A stretch of DNA of 43,495 bases from Calditrichota bacterium (lineage in GTDB: Bacteria; Calditrichota; Calditrichia; RBG-13-44-9; J075). A program made the position numbers and the translations under genes. Every line of letters starts with the position of its first letter. Position 1 is the first letter of the stretch. The DNA is taken from the NCBI GenBank assembly GCA_020434205.1, contig JAGRBF010000159.1:1-43495 (forward strand), read 5' to 3'. Below the pieces are notes generated by a model. It ran no database searches. It was given only the letters and a program-made list of their open reading frames with translations, and was not told the DNA's origin. Below are positions 9,574 to 18,276 of this stretch, piece after piece.

Positions 9574-11375
9574 TTCTTATGTCCTCCAGCTTCCCAAAAT
9601 TCAATGGCCAAATCGGTTGATTCGTCGAAGAATCCCGGTGGCCAGGGGTCCAAAAAAGCCCCTTTGTCGCCGAGCCTCATTTTTTGAACCTGCGAAATAC
9701 CTCTTTCATCCTGATTCACATAGAGGATGGCGACATCACCTGGTTTTAGTTTGCCCCCGGCAATAAGCACCTGGAGCTTACGGATCAGATATTCGCTATG
9801 GGTCTCCAGGATGATTTGCCTGCTAACATCGAGATTGGCCACAAAAAAATCGGCCAGTTTAGATTGCAGGGCAGGGTGTAACTGAGATTCGGGTTGCTCG
9901 ATCAGATAGATTTTGCTGCGCGGGTAATGGTAACTGGCAAAATCAATGAGAATGGGAAAAATCTGTCCCAATCCGTATCCGACATTGGCAAAATCCAGGG
10001 TCTTGCCGGTTCGTTTGTCCTTGAGGCCAAAATCTATCACGGTGCGTCCCGATTTTGCAGGTATCTCTTCGTATATCAGATCGTATTTCAAATCAAAAAG
10101 ATCTATCCATTCCTGGAGACTCTTAACCGGATCTCCCTCCGGGCTCATCCAGGTGATGTCTTTCCCCCTTTGAATCTCCCGGACCTTGCGAATCATGTCG
10201 TTTTTGAAACTTAATGCCAAATCCCGGGTCAATTCCTCCCGATGAGCAGCATAAAATTTGACCGCCAGATTTTGCTCATGGGCCCGTGAAACAGATGCTA
10301 TGGCAGATAATCTCAAACGCGCTAAGCGTCGACGTAATTTGTCAAAAAAGGTTAATATCGCCCACCTGTTGGCTAATCTAAAATACAGTTTTGCTTCTAA
10401 GGGGCTCCCTAACTTTTCCTCGATCTCGCGCAAGCCGTTTAATTGACCGATCATCTCCAAAAAGAAGTTAGCGATGTCGTCATCTTCCCAATTGATTTCC
10501 TCGAAGGGATAATCTGTCTCCCGATAAGCGTTGTTAGGAAGTATCTTCTTTAAATTGTCCCCGGGATCTTTTGATTTTGCAAAGTCCTTCCACTCCTCCC
10601 CGCCTTTTTGTTGCAGAAATGGGACCAATTCCACACCCGTTTCTTTCACAATATCCCAGAGATTCTCAAAGAGATCCAATTCATCCTCACCCGGGGAAAT
10701 GGCTTCCGAGAAAAACTCTGGCAACCATTCTGGCTCGTGTATGGCGCTTTTGAGAATATTGATCCCCGGGATCCCTGATCGATAATTTTTGGGATAAAGA
10801 ATAGGGTCAAAGTAATCCCCATTCTTAAAGCCGTAAAAAACATTGAAGATTTCCGTGAATAATTGTCTGACCTCTTCGTGATTACGCCTAAACAGGTTTT
10901 CCCACCTAATTGATTGAAACGAGCGCTCAATGTTTATCGGCCACTTAAACAGGTTGCCAGCCGCGTATTCAGGGGATCCAACTATTAAGTCGACCTGCAT
11001 GTCAATAGACGGCTCATCACAAAAGAAGGAGTAATCCGTAAAAATTGGCATCACCGGCTCATTATTATGCCAGTCGAAAATGAGTTTCGTTGCGAAATGG
11101 AAATTGGGCTGGATAATTTCAGGATATAATTGTTCGATTACACTGTAATCGACAGATATTTCCAAAGGCGTCGGATCCCCTGGAGTTAAATCCTGCCCAT
11201 CCGCATTCCAGTTCCAAATCAGCTCGTCGGGGCGACTGAACAACCATCTGATCAACCGCATAATGGAGGATTTACCGGTACTATTGGGACCAACCAAAAT
11301 GGTTAGCGGGGCAAATTCCAGATCGGTTCGTTTGATGAAGCTTCGGTAATTCTTAAAACCAAGTTTTTTAAGCAT
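9570..11375 (-). CDS. ABC/AAA_15-AAA_21-type ATPase with DUF3696-like C-terminus
   Basis: Walker A LTILVGPNSTGKSS, Walker B/D-loop IYLIEQPESQLHPALQ, H-loop ILETHSEYLI. A long insertion lies between Walker A and B, as in OLD/AbiL/PARIS/Septu-type ATPases. The C-terminal ..GAFLDPWPPGFFDES.. recalls DUF3696 (recollection). Confidence 0.85.
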   Translation of the reverse strand: MLKKLGFKNYRSFIKRTDLEFAPLTILVGPNSTGKSSIMRLIRWLFSRPDELIWNWNADGQDLTPGDPTPLEISVDYSVIEQLYPEIIQPNFHFATKLIFDWHNNEPVMPIFTDYSFFCDEPSIDMQVDLIVGSPEYAAGNLFKWPINIERSFQSIRWENLFRRNHEEVRQLFTEIFNVFYGFKNGDYFDPILYPKNYRSGIPGINILKSAIHEPEWLPEFFSEAISPGEDELDLFENLWDIVKETGVELVPFLQQKGGEEWKDFAKSKDPGDNLKKILPNNAYRETDYPFEEINWEDDDIANFFLEMIGQLNGLREIEEKLGSPLEAKLYFRLANRWAILTFFDKLRRRLARLRLSAIASVSRAHEQNLAVKFYAAHREELTRDLALSFKNDMIRKVREIQRGKDITWMSPEGDPVKSLQEWIDLFDLKYDLIYEEIPAKSGRTVIDFGLKDKRTGKTLDFANVGYGLGQIFPILIDFASYHYPRSKIYLIEQPESQLHPALQSKLADFFVANLDVSRQIILETHSEYLIRKLQVLIAGGKLKPGDVAILYVNQDERGISQVQKMRLGDKGAFLDPWPPGFFDESTDLAIEFWEAGGHKN

Positions 11376-11444
11376 GTTTATCGCCCTGGCAAAAATTCAG
11401 ATATCCGCGGATTACGTTAAATGACCGCAGTCGGAAACTGAGGA

Positions 11445-12109
11445 TTACTCCTCCCCAACCGCCAAACTCCAAAAGCGCTTTAAGGGGAGTTCGGCTTTGA
11501 TTTCTTCATCGATATTGTCATACACCTTGAAGAGCTCTTCGATGATGGCGTCCTGATCCCAAATGCGCACCTTGAAGAATTGATTAGGGATCTCGCGCTC
11601 TACGCTGTTTTTGAAGCCATTCCAGGAGACCATTAGCCCGAATTCGGCCCCCGCATTTTGCATGGCTCCAATGAGTTGATCCAGGGTGGGACGGTCAACC
11701 GGCGCCAATCATCCAGGGTGTCGAAGAGGGTGTTGTGCATGACTCAGTTTCATCCTCAAGTAGAAAAGATTGGTGTGGGGCGCGGGCTTATCGCTAAGCA
11801 TCCCATCAGGCATATTGTTCCAAATTATGCTTTCGCCAAATTGTGTTTAACCAGATACAATTTTGGTCAGAGCTTGGATTTCACCGAATCAAACAAATCC
11901 GGATTTTCAATCTCATACATACGGGGCATGGTCTCTAATAACCAGCCTTTTTTGTCGATAAGATCCCTATTGCGTACAAAGCGATCAACAAGGGTATTCA
12001 TGGCTTCCATTTGCTGGATTTCTGTCATCATTGGATTGTTCATGTAGCGGGTTCGAATCAGTTGTATCAGAGCGTCATCAAATTCTAACCCACTTTGTCT
12101 GGCCGACAA
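11445..12109 (-). pseudogene. Decayed Mrr-like (PD-(D/E)xK) restriction endonuclease remnant, split over at least two frames
   Basis: ORF 11445..11708 encodes only a C-terminal tail resembling the end of Mrr_cat domains (..VDRPTLDQLIGAMQNAGAEFGLMVSWNGFKNSVEREIP...VRIWDQDAIIEELF..). It has a TTG pseudo-start directly after an in-frame TGA. ORF 11867..12109 is in another frame, and the stretch between them is broken by stops. Confidence 0.45.
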
Positions 12110-12284
12110 AAACTCTTTAAATTGGTCTTTACGAGGCCGGAAGTTACTTCCCTGCGCCCTTGAGCATACCTCAAATACAGATACCCGGCGATGATCAGCA
12201 ACAGAATGAAGACTTTCATATTGGACTCCTGTAGTGACAATTATTTGGGGTTGCGTTTGTTCAATTATTGGGATAAGTGAAAGG

Positions 12285-13184
12285 CTAAAACTTTACGCCA
12301 ACGCCCAGGAATAAGTTGTAGGCTGCCTTATCCGGAAATAATACGCGATCATCGATTTCGACTTCTGTTTTGTTAGAGAGAGAGGCATTCAAGGAAAATT
12401 TTGAATCAAAGTAGATGTTTTTGTTGAAGGGATACAGATATCCAATCCCGGCCGAAAGATAGGCCATGTCATATTTCCCTCGCACCTCAGTCTCCTTAAC
12501 GCCAATGGAATAGCGCCAACTTTCAAATCCCACCGGGAAATAAATCCCTTTTAAGGAACCCAGGAAAAAATAGTCCACACCGATTCGGAATCCCGAATCG
12601 ACGGTTCCATTTTCGAATTCATCAGTATAAAAAGCGTTGGGAATATCAAAGGTAAAAAATTCTCCAACAAAACGGAGCTTATCTTTACCTACCCATGCGC
12701 CTGCCCCAATACCGTTGAAGAACAAGGGACCGGCGTTGACGGCGAATCCCCCGAATAGACTCCTTCTAGGCTGATAGAAATTGTAGCCACCAGATTTCAA
12801 TTGTCTAACGGTCCTTTCGTAGACGATGGCAAGCCCTTGTATGGCCGGCATTTTCCCGCCTGGTAAAGTTTGATAACCTCCCAGCCAGGGGTTATACAAA
12901 ATTCCCGGGGCTTTGTATTCGCTAACGTCTTTGGTGGGGATAATGGCGTCGGCACCGATTTCCTTGGCCTTTTTGCGCATGCTTTCCAAAATGCTGGGTA
13001 GAGAAGTTCCGGTGCCGCCCCGGGTTTCCAGGGTTGCAATGACCACAAATGGCTCGTCGGGTTTTTGGTCCAGGATCTCGACAGACCGGCTTTCCGGGAA
13101 AGTGACGGCATCATTTTTCATAACTGCGGTTGTGGCTACACACCCATAGAGGGGAAGGAGTAAAAGCAAAACCATGATCCTCAT
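12285..13184 (-). CDS. Lipoprotein with probable C-terminal outer-membrane beta-barrel-like region
   Basis: Start moved to ATG 13184 (AAGGAG 6 nt upstream). Lipobox MRIMVLLLLLPLYGC. The C-terminal half has alternating aromatic/glycine beta-strand-like pattern and ends ..LGVGVKF. Confidence 0.6.
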   Translation of the reverse strand: MRIMVLLLLLPLYGCVATTAVMKNDAVTFPESRSVEILDQKPDEPFVVIATLETRGGTGTSLPSILESMRKKAKEIGADAIIPTKDVSEYKAPGILYNPWLGGYQTLPGGKMPAIQGLAIVYERTVRQLKSGGYNFYQPRRSLFGGFAVNAGPLFFNGIGAGAWVGKDKLRFVGEFFTFDIPNAFYTDEFENGTVDSGFRIGVDYFFLGSLKGIYFPVGFESWRYSIGVKETEVRGKYDMAYLSAGIGYLYPFNKNIYFDSKFSLNASLSNKTEVEIDDRVLFPDKAAYNLFLGVGVKF

Positions 13185-13277
13185 TTTCAGCTCCTTTATG
13201 TTTCTTTGCCGTGAAAGCAGATACATTTTAATTTTCCCTAAGCTTTGCCTGGTTTTCGAGGCAATGAAAACTTTCAA

Positions 13278-14018
13278 TCAGTGCTTCCCCCAAAAAAACG
13301 ACCCGAATTCTTCAACCGACATTAGCGGCTCGGTTTTGTGAATCATGCGGTGACAGTTGGCGCAAAGGATCGCCAGGTCTTCGAGGGTTGTGAAGGACTT
13401 ATCTTCGAGACTTGCCAGGGGAACTCTGTGGTGCACCTCGAAGCATGCCAAACCAATCTCCTCCGGGAGGTCGCGGGAATTGAGGCCGCAAACTTCACAA
13501 CGAAGACAGCCGTCTTTTTTAAGAAGCAGCTCTTTTTTGAATTTTGCCAAGCCGGGTTTGCGTTCCCGGACGTAATGAAGTCTGAGCTTCTTATTGCCTT
13601 CCATCTGCCCGGGAAATTCAATTTCGGCGTTATCGCTAAGCTCGATGCCCTTTACCTGCTCCAGGAAAAGAACCGCAATGGCAATCTCCCGTACCCCCTC
13701 CCACTGGCGATATTGGGAATCATAGCTAAGTCCAGCAGCACGGAATTCCCCCTGATAGCGCCAGTTGTGAGAAGCCTGTTTGATAAAAACGGGGATAATG
13801 TTTTTGTCGTCAACCAGCCATTGGGCACTTTTTTTGACCTGGGGTCCGGCGCCGATATCGATAAAAAATGGGGCCCGGCGGTTTTTTTTAGGGTCGAAAC
13901 AGCCGCAGAGGACTTTCCCGTTCCGGGTTGGCAAATAAGACTGAGCACTACCACCGCCCAAAAGATCTCTGATTTGCCCTCTGGTGTAGGGGGTATCGCA
14001 GCTAAACAGTTTTTTCAT
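13278..14018 (-). CDS. HNH endonuclease with N-terminal uncharacterised (possibly modified-DNA reader) domain, McrA-like type IV candidate
   Basis: C-terminal HNH: CEVCG...FEVHHRVPL...LAILCANCHRMIH. The N-terminal ~150 aa (..YTRGQIRDLLGGGSAQSYLPT..IPVFIKQASHNWRYQGEF..) has no catalytic motif. Confidence 0.8.
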   Translation of the reverse strand: MKKLFSCDTPYTRGQIRDLLGGGSAQSYLPTRNGKVLCGCFDPKKNRRAPFFIDIGAGPQVKKSAQWLVDDKNIIPVFIKQASHNWRYQGEFRAAGLSYDSQYRQWEGVREIAIAVLFLEQVKGIELSDNAEIEFPGQMEGNKKLRLHYVRERKPGLAKFKKELLLKKDGCLRCEVCGLNSRDLPEEIGLACFEVHHRVPLASLEDKSFTTLEDLAILCANCHRMIHKTEPLMSVEEFGSFFWGKH

Positions 14019-14109
14019 GTAGCCGTCTCTCGCTCTCCAACATCCCGATTGCCTTCATTGATACTCCCCAAGGACTTTTTACCGCCCGCGCTTAATTTTT
14101 GGCAATGGT

Positions 14110-15108
14110 TTATTTCAATGAGAACACATCTTGTTGTTTGTTGCGCCTGTTTTTTGCATTTCGTTTGATATAACCCAGGCTAATTAACCACTCTATACAA
14201 GCTGTTCTGTTATTCTCTGAAACCGCATTTATGTTATCTGTTAGCTCCGTATAATTCGCCTCTTTTCTATCAGAGAGAAAGCCAATAATCTCTCCAAGGG
14301 GCAGGGCCGCACGCTCCTCTAAAAGTTTAAACATTTCCTCTTTAGATTGTATTTTTTTCAGGATCTTGACTTTCTGTTGATCGCAGTCAATTAGGCCTAA
14401 GTATTGCAGAAAGAACAACTTTTGGCTTGTGTTGTTTGGGGCGTTATTTTTCCCCTTGCCCGACCTTTCTGCCAATTCTTTTTCAAAATCTTCGCGTTTC
14501 CAGGGGCTTTTCTTCATTAGTTTTTTTAGCTTCTGCCAATAATCACCACCCAACCGTGGTTCCGGAATAAATTCGTACATACTTTTTTGGATTTTCTTGA
14601 AATTGTTTTCCCAGATATTGTTAAGGTCTTTCAACTCATCCCGGCTGAGTTCAAAGGAGTGATTTTCCCATTGATCATTGAACCACTTATACAAGTCGGC
14701 AATCAGTTCCTGCTCCTTTTTGGTCTTATCGGTCAAGAGCATGTTTAATTCGTCGTTTAGTAACTCCCCGCCACGGGTCAGGTTACTCGAGCCGAAAAGG
14801 GCAGATTTGCCGGGCACCAAAAACAATTTGGCATGCAGATGGGGGTTGTTGCGGATTTTAATAGGGGCAGAATTTCTCTCGAATTCGGCCAACTGAGAGA
14901 CAGGGTTGCTCAGGCTGAAGACAACATTCATCGGATTTAAATTGGTCAGAAGTTTGATGGTAAGCCCTTTTCTTTTATCGACGAAATCGGCAAAAAGCTT
15001 ACTGCCAGATTCGCTGATAAAGGGGCTGCTGATGTAGATTTCAGAAAACCGCTTTTTTTTCAACGACTTCAGGAATTCGCCAATGGGCTTATTGTTGGTA
15101 AACTCCAT
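14110..15108 (-). CDS. PLD-superfamily (single HKD motif) nuclease with C-terminal winged-helix-like domain; DrmC-like candidate
   Basis: HKD motif NPHLHAKLFLVPGKSALFGSSNLTRGG (about nt 14779-14835). GGGAG lies 6 nt upstream of the ATG. Single-HKD nuclease-type (Nuc/BfiI-like) proteins act as dimers. Confidence 0.8.
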   Translation of the reverse strand: MEFTNNKPIGEFLKSLKKKRFSEIYISSPFISESGSKLFADFVDKRKGLTIKLLTNLNPMNVVFSLSNPVSQLAEFERNSAPIKIRNNPHLHAKLFLVPGKSALFGSSNLTRGGELLNDELNMLLTDKTKKEQELIADLYKWFNDQWENHSFELSRDELKDLNNIWENNFKKIQKSMYEFIPEPRLGGDYWQKLKKLMKKSPWKREDFEKELAERSGKGKNNAPNNTSQKLFFLQYLGLIDCDQQKVKILKKIQSKEEMFKLLEERAALPLGEIIGFLSDRKEANYTELTDNINAVSENNRTACIEWLISLGYIKRNAKNRRNKQQDVFSLK

Positions 15109-15186
15109 TTTTTCTCCCTTTCTTTTGATCCTCAGGCCATGCTGAAGGTTTGCCAGCCATGTCTCTCAGACATTCATGATGAACAT

Positions 15187-17898
15187 TTACTCGATGAAAC
15201 GGTTTTGATAATCCACAGATTTATTCCAGAACTTTTTGAGTATTATCATACTTTTCTCACCCAGGGAATGCCCACAGCTTTTGTTTTGGCATTTCCAAAA
15301 ATCACGGTTTTGACTGAGGATCTCGCCACATTTAGGGCAGGAGGCAATTTTTTTGTCATGATGCTCTTTGCAGCAGGCATGACAATCCTGACAAACCAAC
15401 CAGTTGTTGTGACACCTTGGGCAATCACGGCTATCAATGATGTGATTGTTTTCGCCGGAACAATCCGGATTTAAGCAATGGGTAAGTCTAACAATCTCCT
15501 CGAACTGTGAGCATTCCTGGTTTGAGCACTTAAACAAAGGAACCGCATAAAAACCAACCCGTTTCGGTTCAAAGGGCTCTGGCCTGAGCAAGTTTTTACA
15601 AGCTCGACACTCCAACCGATTCAGAATTTCATTCATTCGATTGGCCCAGCCAGCATATCTGGCATAAATGCGGTGAATGTCTTTTTGGGGGTTATTGGAT
15701 GTTATAATCCCAATAGCCGGTAAAATTTCACAAAGAGTCCACTGGTGTGGTGGCAGGTCAAAGTCAGCTTCGCGGTTTGGTTTACTACAGATTCTACCCC
15801 GACACCAAAAAGAAGGATACTTTTTCTGAGTATATTCATTTCGGTCTTTATTAAAAAATGGCTCTTCCTTCCAAAAATTTCCCTCGCAGAACCCGGATGG
15901 ACACAATGGATGGTTTGAATCTTGCTCCAGCCAAAAACTTCCCCCAAAACTTACGTATTTCCCCCGATAATCATATCCAATATCACCTTTATAGAATTTT
16001 CTACCATCACATGTTTTCAACAAATTCTCAATGGTGGGTTTAAAACTTTTTAAGGATTTAATAGACACATAAAAGGAAGTGTTTAATGCGATCTTAAAGT
16101 CTTCAAAGGATTTTTCACCCGATAGTAAAATCGCCTGCAATATGGACGCATTCAATTCAGTAAACTGTATTTGCGTTAATTGATTTTTTAAATCTGCGGT
16201 GGAAAATTTTCCATGATATACCGAATAAGCCCAATACCGAATCAAATCGGCCTGATAATGCTCTGGAAGTTCCTTGAGTATGTGGTTTAATTGGGCACAG
16301 TCGTTTGCTGAAATACGCCCCAGAAAGGCCCTCCACACGACTCCTTTACCTTCTTGCGACTGCTTTCCAGCCAACCGTTCAAATGTTTCCTGAAGGTCAT
16401 GGCTGCCGGCTTCAATTTTGTCTAATTCATGGTAAAAGCTGCAATGAGGAAGAGACCTTGCCATATCTGGAAATTCAAAATCGACAAAATATTGTTCCGC
16501 ATACATTTCGTTTGGAAAGATTTGGAGCCATTTTAACCGTTCATCCCGGTCAAGTTTTGAAAAGTGGGCAAAGAGCTTTTTCTCAAAAGTTGCCAATTTA
16601 GATCTGGGAAGACTTTTGGATTGAATGGTTTGCGCAAGAATATTGAATTCCTGATGTCCGATGAGATCCAAGTTGTTTATGGTCTCAATTAGAAGATTCT
16701 CCTCGGTGATGATTTCCAATAGCGATATCAGGAGAATTGCAGGCAATTGAAAGAAAAGGGATAATTGAGAGGGTGAAACTTCAGGCAATTTGTCTACAAA
16801 ATATCTCAAATGTTCTTTTGATAGGTGTCTTGTCTCGGTTGGGTTACTGTGCAGGAATTGGAGTATCCCTGTGGTTACCCCCTGCAAATCACCATAGTTC
16901 TTTCCGTTTTTACGAAAGAAATGAAGAACAATCTCTAAGTCGCTTACCGATTGAATCTGGACCTGGTTGAGGATTATCCCCGAAATTTCAGGGTCGTTGG
17001 CAAGCTCGACCATCTTGAGTTGGACTGCTACAGGAAAATCGGACAAATCATCTAATAAAGGGTTGACAATCATTTGCCAGATTCGTTCCAGGCGATGATT
17101 GTCCTCAAATGAATTTGCCGATAAAAAAGCATCAGCAAGCAAAATTGTCTTCGAATCCCACTTGACCTCAATCAGGCATTTTTCCAGTAATTCCTGGCTG
17201 TTTAGAAACCGGCTGATAGCCAGTTGTAATGAAAAGTCTAGATTTGAAAAGGTCCTGATGATGTTAACACTGAAATTCTCCGGGACAAGGCTGGCCAATG
17301 TCTCATCCTCAATCAATTTTTGGATCAATTGTACGGAGTTGCCACTTTGCCTGAAATCCCATTTAGCCAGGAGATGGGTAACCAAACCCCGAAATGCATC
17401 AATCCTTGCCAGGTTCAACAAATCATTCGGATTAACCATCTCAAATGTATCAATCAGAATCTCATTGATACGCTCTTGCTGAGTTTGAGAAAACTGGGCA
17501 AGTAAATCGAAACGTTTTCGTTGGATAATGACCCGGCAGGAAGCTTCTAACTCTGATTGGTCAAAATCGACTTTTCTGCGAAGTAAATCTTCCAAAATGG
17601 TGAGTGCGATGGGGAAGTCCCAACAAGCAGTTAAAGTCTTTCGCCAGAGCTCTGGCCTTGATTCTGATATCAATTCAACTTTTCGACCTCTCAAACCCTC
17701 TTCGCGCTTCTCCAGTCGAAAAGAAACCGGTACCCCTTCAAAGTATTGATGGGGGTTTTGGAAGGCATCCTTCACTCGAAAAAAGACGTCTCCTTCACAA
17801 GGCTGTGTCTCCGACCTTGCCGAATGAATGAATCCGAAACCATTCTTTTCGTAATCGAGGAATTTTACCAGACCAAAACAAAGCTCTTTGTCATGCAT
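15187..17898 (-). CDS. 903-aa protein of unknown function: N-terminal cold-shock (CSD/OB) domain, long helical middle, C-terminal multi-zinc-ribbon region
   Basis: N-terminal GLVKFLDYEKNGFGFIHS matches the CspA-type GxVKWFnxxkGFGFI motif. The C-terminal ~200 aa hold about 9 CxxC/CxxH pairs (..LECRACKNL..FKCSNQECS..HCLNPDCSG..IIDSRDCPRCH..CQDCHACC..CPKCGEIL..WKCQNKSCGH), the last resembling a topoisomerase-type C4 finger. No P-loop. Paralogue of 37587..39800. Confidence 0.7.
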   Translation of the reverse strand: MHDKELCFGLVKFLDYEKNGFGFIHSARSETQPCEGDVFFRVKDAFQNPHQYFEGVPVSFRLEKREEGLRGRKVELISESRPELWRKTLTACWDFPIALTILEDLLRRKVDFDQSELEASCRVIIQRKRFDLLAQFSQTQQERINEILIDTFEMVNPNDLLNLARIDAFRGLVTHLLAKWDFRQSGNSVQLIQKLIEDETLASLVPENFSVNIIRTFSNLDFSLQLAISRFLNSQELLEKCLIEVKWDSKTILLADAFLSANSFEDNHRLERIWQMIVNPLLDDLSDFPVAVQLKMVELANDPEISGIILNQVQIQSVSDLEIVLHFFRKNGKNYGDLQGVTTGILQFLHSNPTETRHLSKEHLRYFVDKLPEVSPSQLSLFFQLPAILLISLLEIITEENLLIETINNLDLIGHQEFNILAQTIQSKSLPRSKLATFEKKLFAHFSKLDRDERLKWLQIFPNEMYAEQYFVDFEFPDMARSLPHCSFYHELDKIEAGSHDLQETFERLAGKQSQEGKGVVWRAFLGRISANDCAQLNHILKELPEHYQADLIRYWAYSVYHGKFSTADLKNQLTQIQFTELNASILQAILLSGEKSFEDFKIALNTSFYVSIKSLKSFKPTIENLLKTCDGRKFYKGDIGYDYRGKYVSFGGSFWLEQDSNHPLCPSGFCEGNFWKEEPFFNKDRNEYTQKKYPSFWCRGRICSKPNREADFDLPPHQWTLCEILPAIGIITSNNPQKDIHRIYARYAGWANRMNEILNRLECRACKNLLRPEPFEPKRVGFYAVPLFKCSNQECSQFEEIVRLTHCLNPDCSGENNHIIDSRDCPRCHNNWLVCQDCHACCKEHHDKKIASCPKCGEILSQNRDFWKCQNKSCGHSLGEKSMIILKKFWNKSVDYQNRFIE

Positions 17899-18276
17899 AG
17901 GTAATCAATTTTGAATAGATGTGATGCAATCAGTAAAAATGAATCGAAAGACAATAAAGATAAACCGGCCCGGAGGAAGTGTGTCAACCTTTACAAGATG
18001 CCCTAATTATGCAGGGTGAACCTTGACCCATGCAGCTAATTATCGGAATTTTTTCCTAAAATTCGCATATTGCGCTTTTGGAGTGAGATGCAGAACGGTT
18101 TTTGCGCCAAAGGCGTTTTGTGATTTTCTCTCTTTCTCGCACCATTTTTCGCTTGAATCAACTATCAATTCGAACTACTTTTCCGCAAGCCATTTGGGTG
18201 GGTGTGCTTTCCCCTCTTACCATTTTCCATTAAGCTGCACGTTCTGATGAGCCGGTTAAAAAGGAGTTAACCTCTC

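Noticed and set aside
12040-12065. tRNA-like T-loop string GGGTTCGAATC
   Set aside because: No complementary T-stem, acceptor stem or anticodon arm can be drawn around it, and it lies inside the decayed Mrr-like reading frame.
13338-14168. 276-aa plus-strand ORF opposite the HNH gene
   Set aside because: It fully overlaps the HNH endonuclease, which has a textbook CxxC...HH...CxxCH motif, and partly overlaps the PLD gene 3' end. Its translation has no recognisable motif and looks like antisense sequence.
15139-15474. 111-aa plus-strand ORF overlapping the zinc-ribbon tail of the 903-aa gene
   Set aside because: It lies opposite a region whose minus-strand translation shows regularly spaced CxxC pairs conserved in the paralogue. 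The plus-strand product has no motif.
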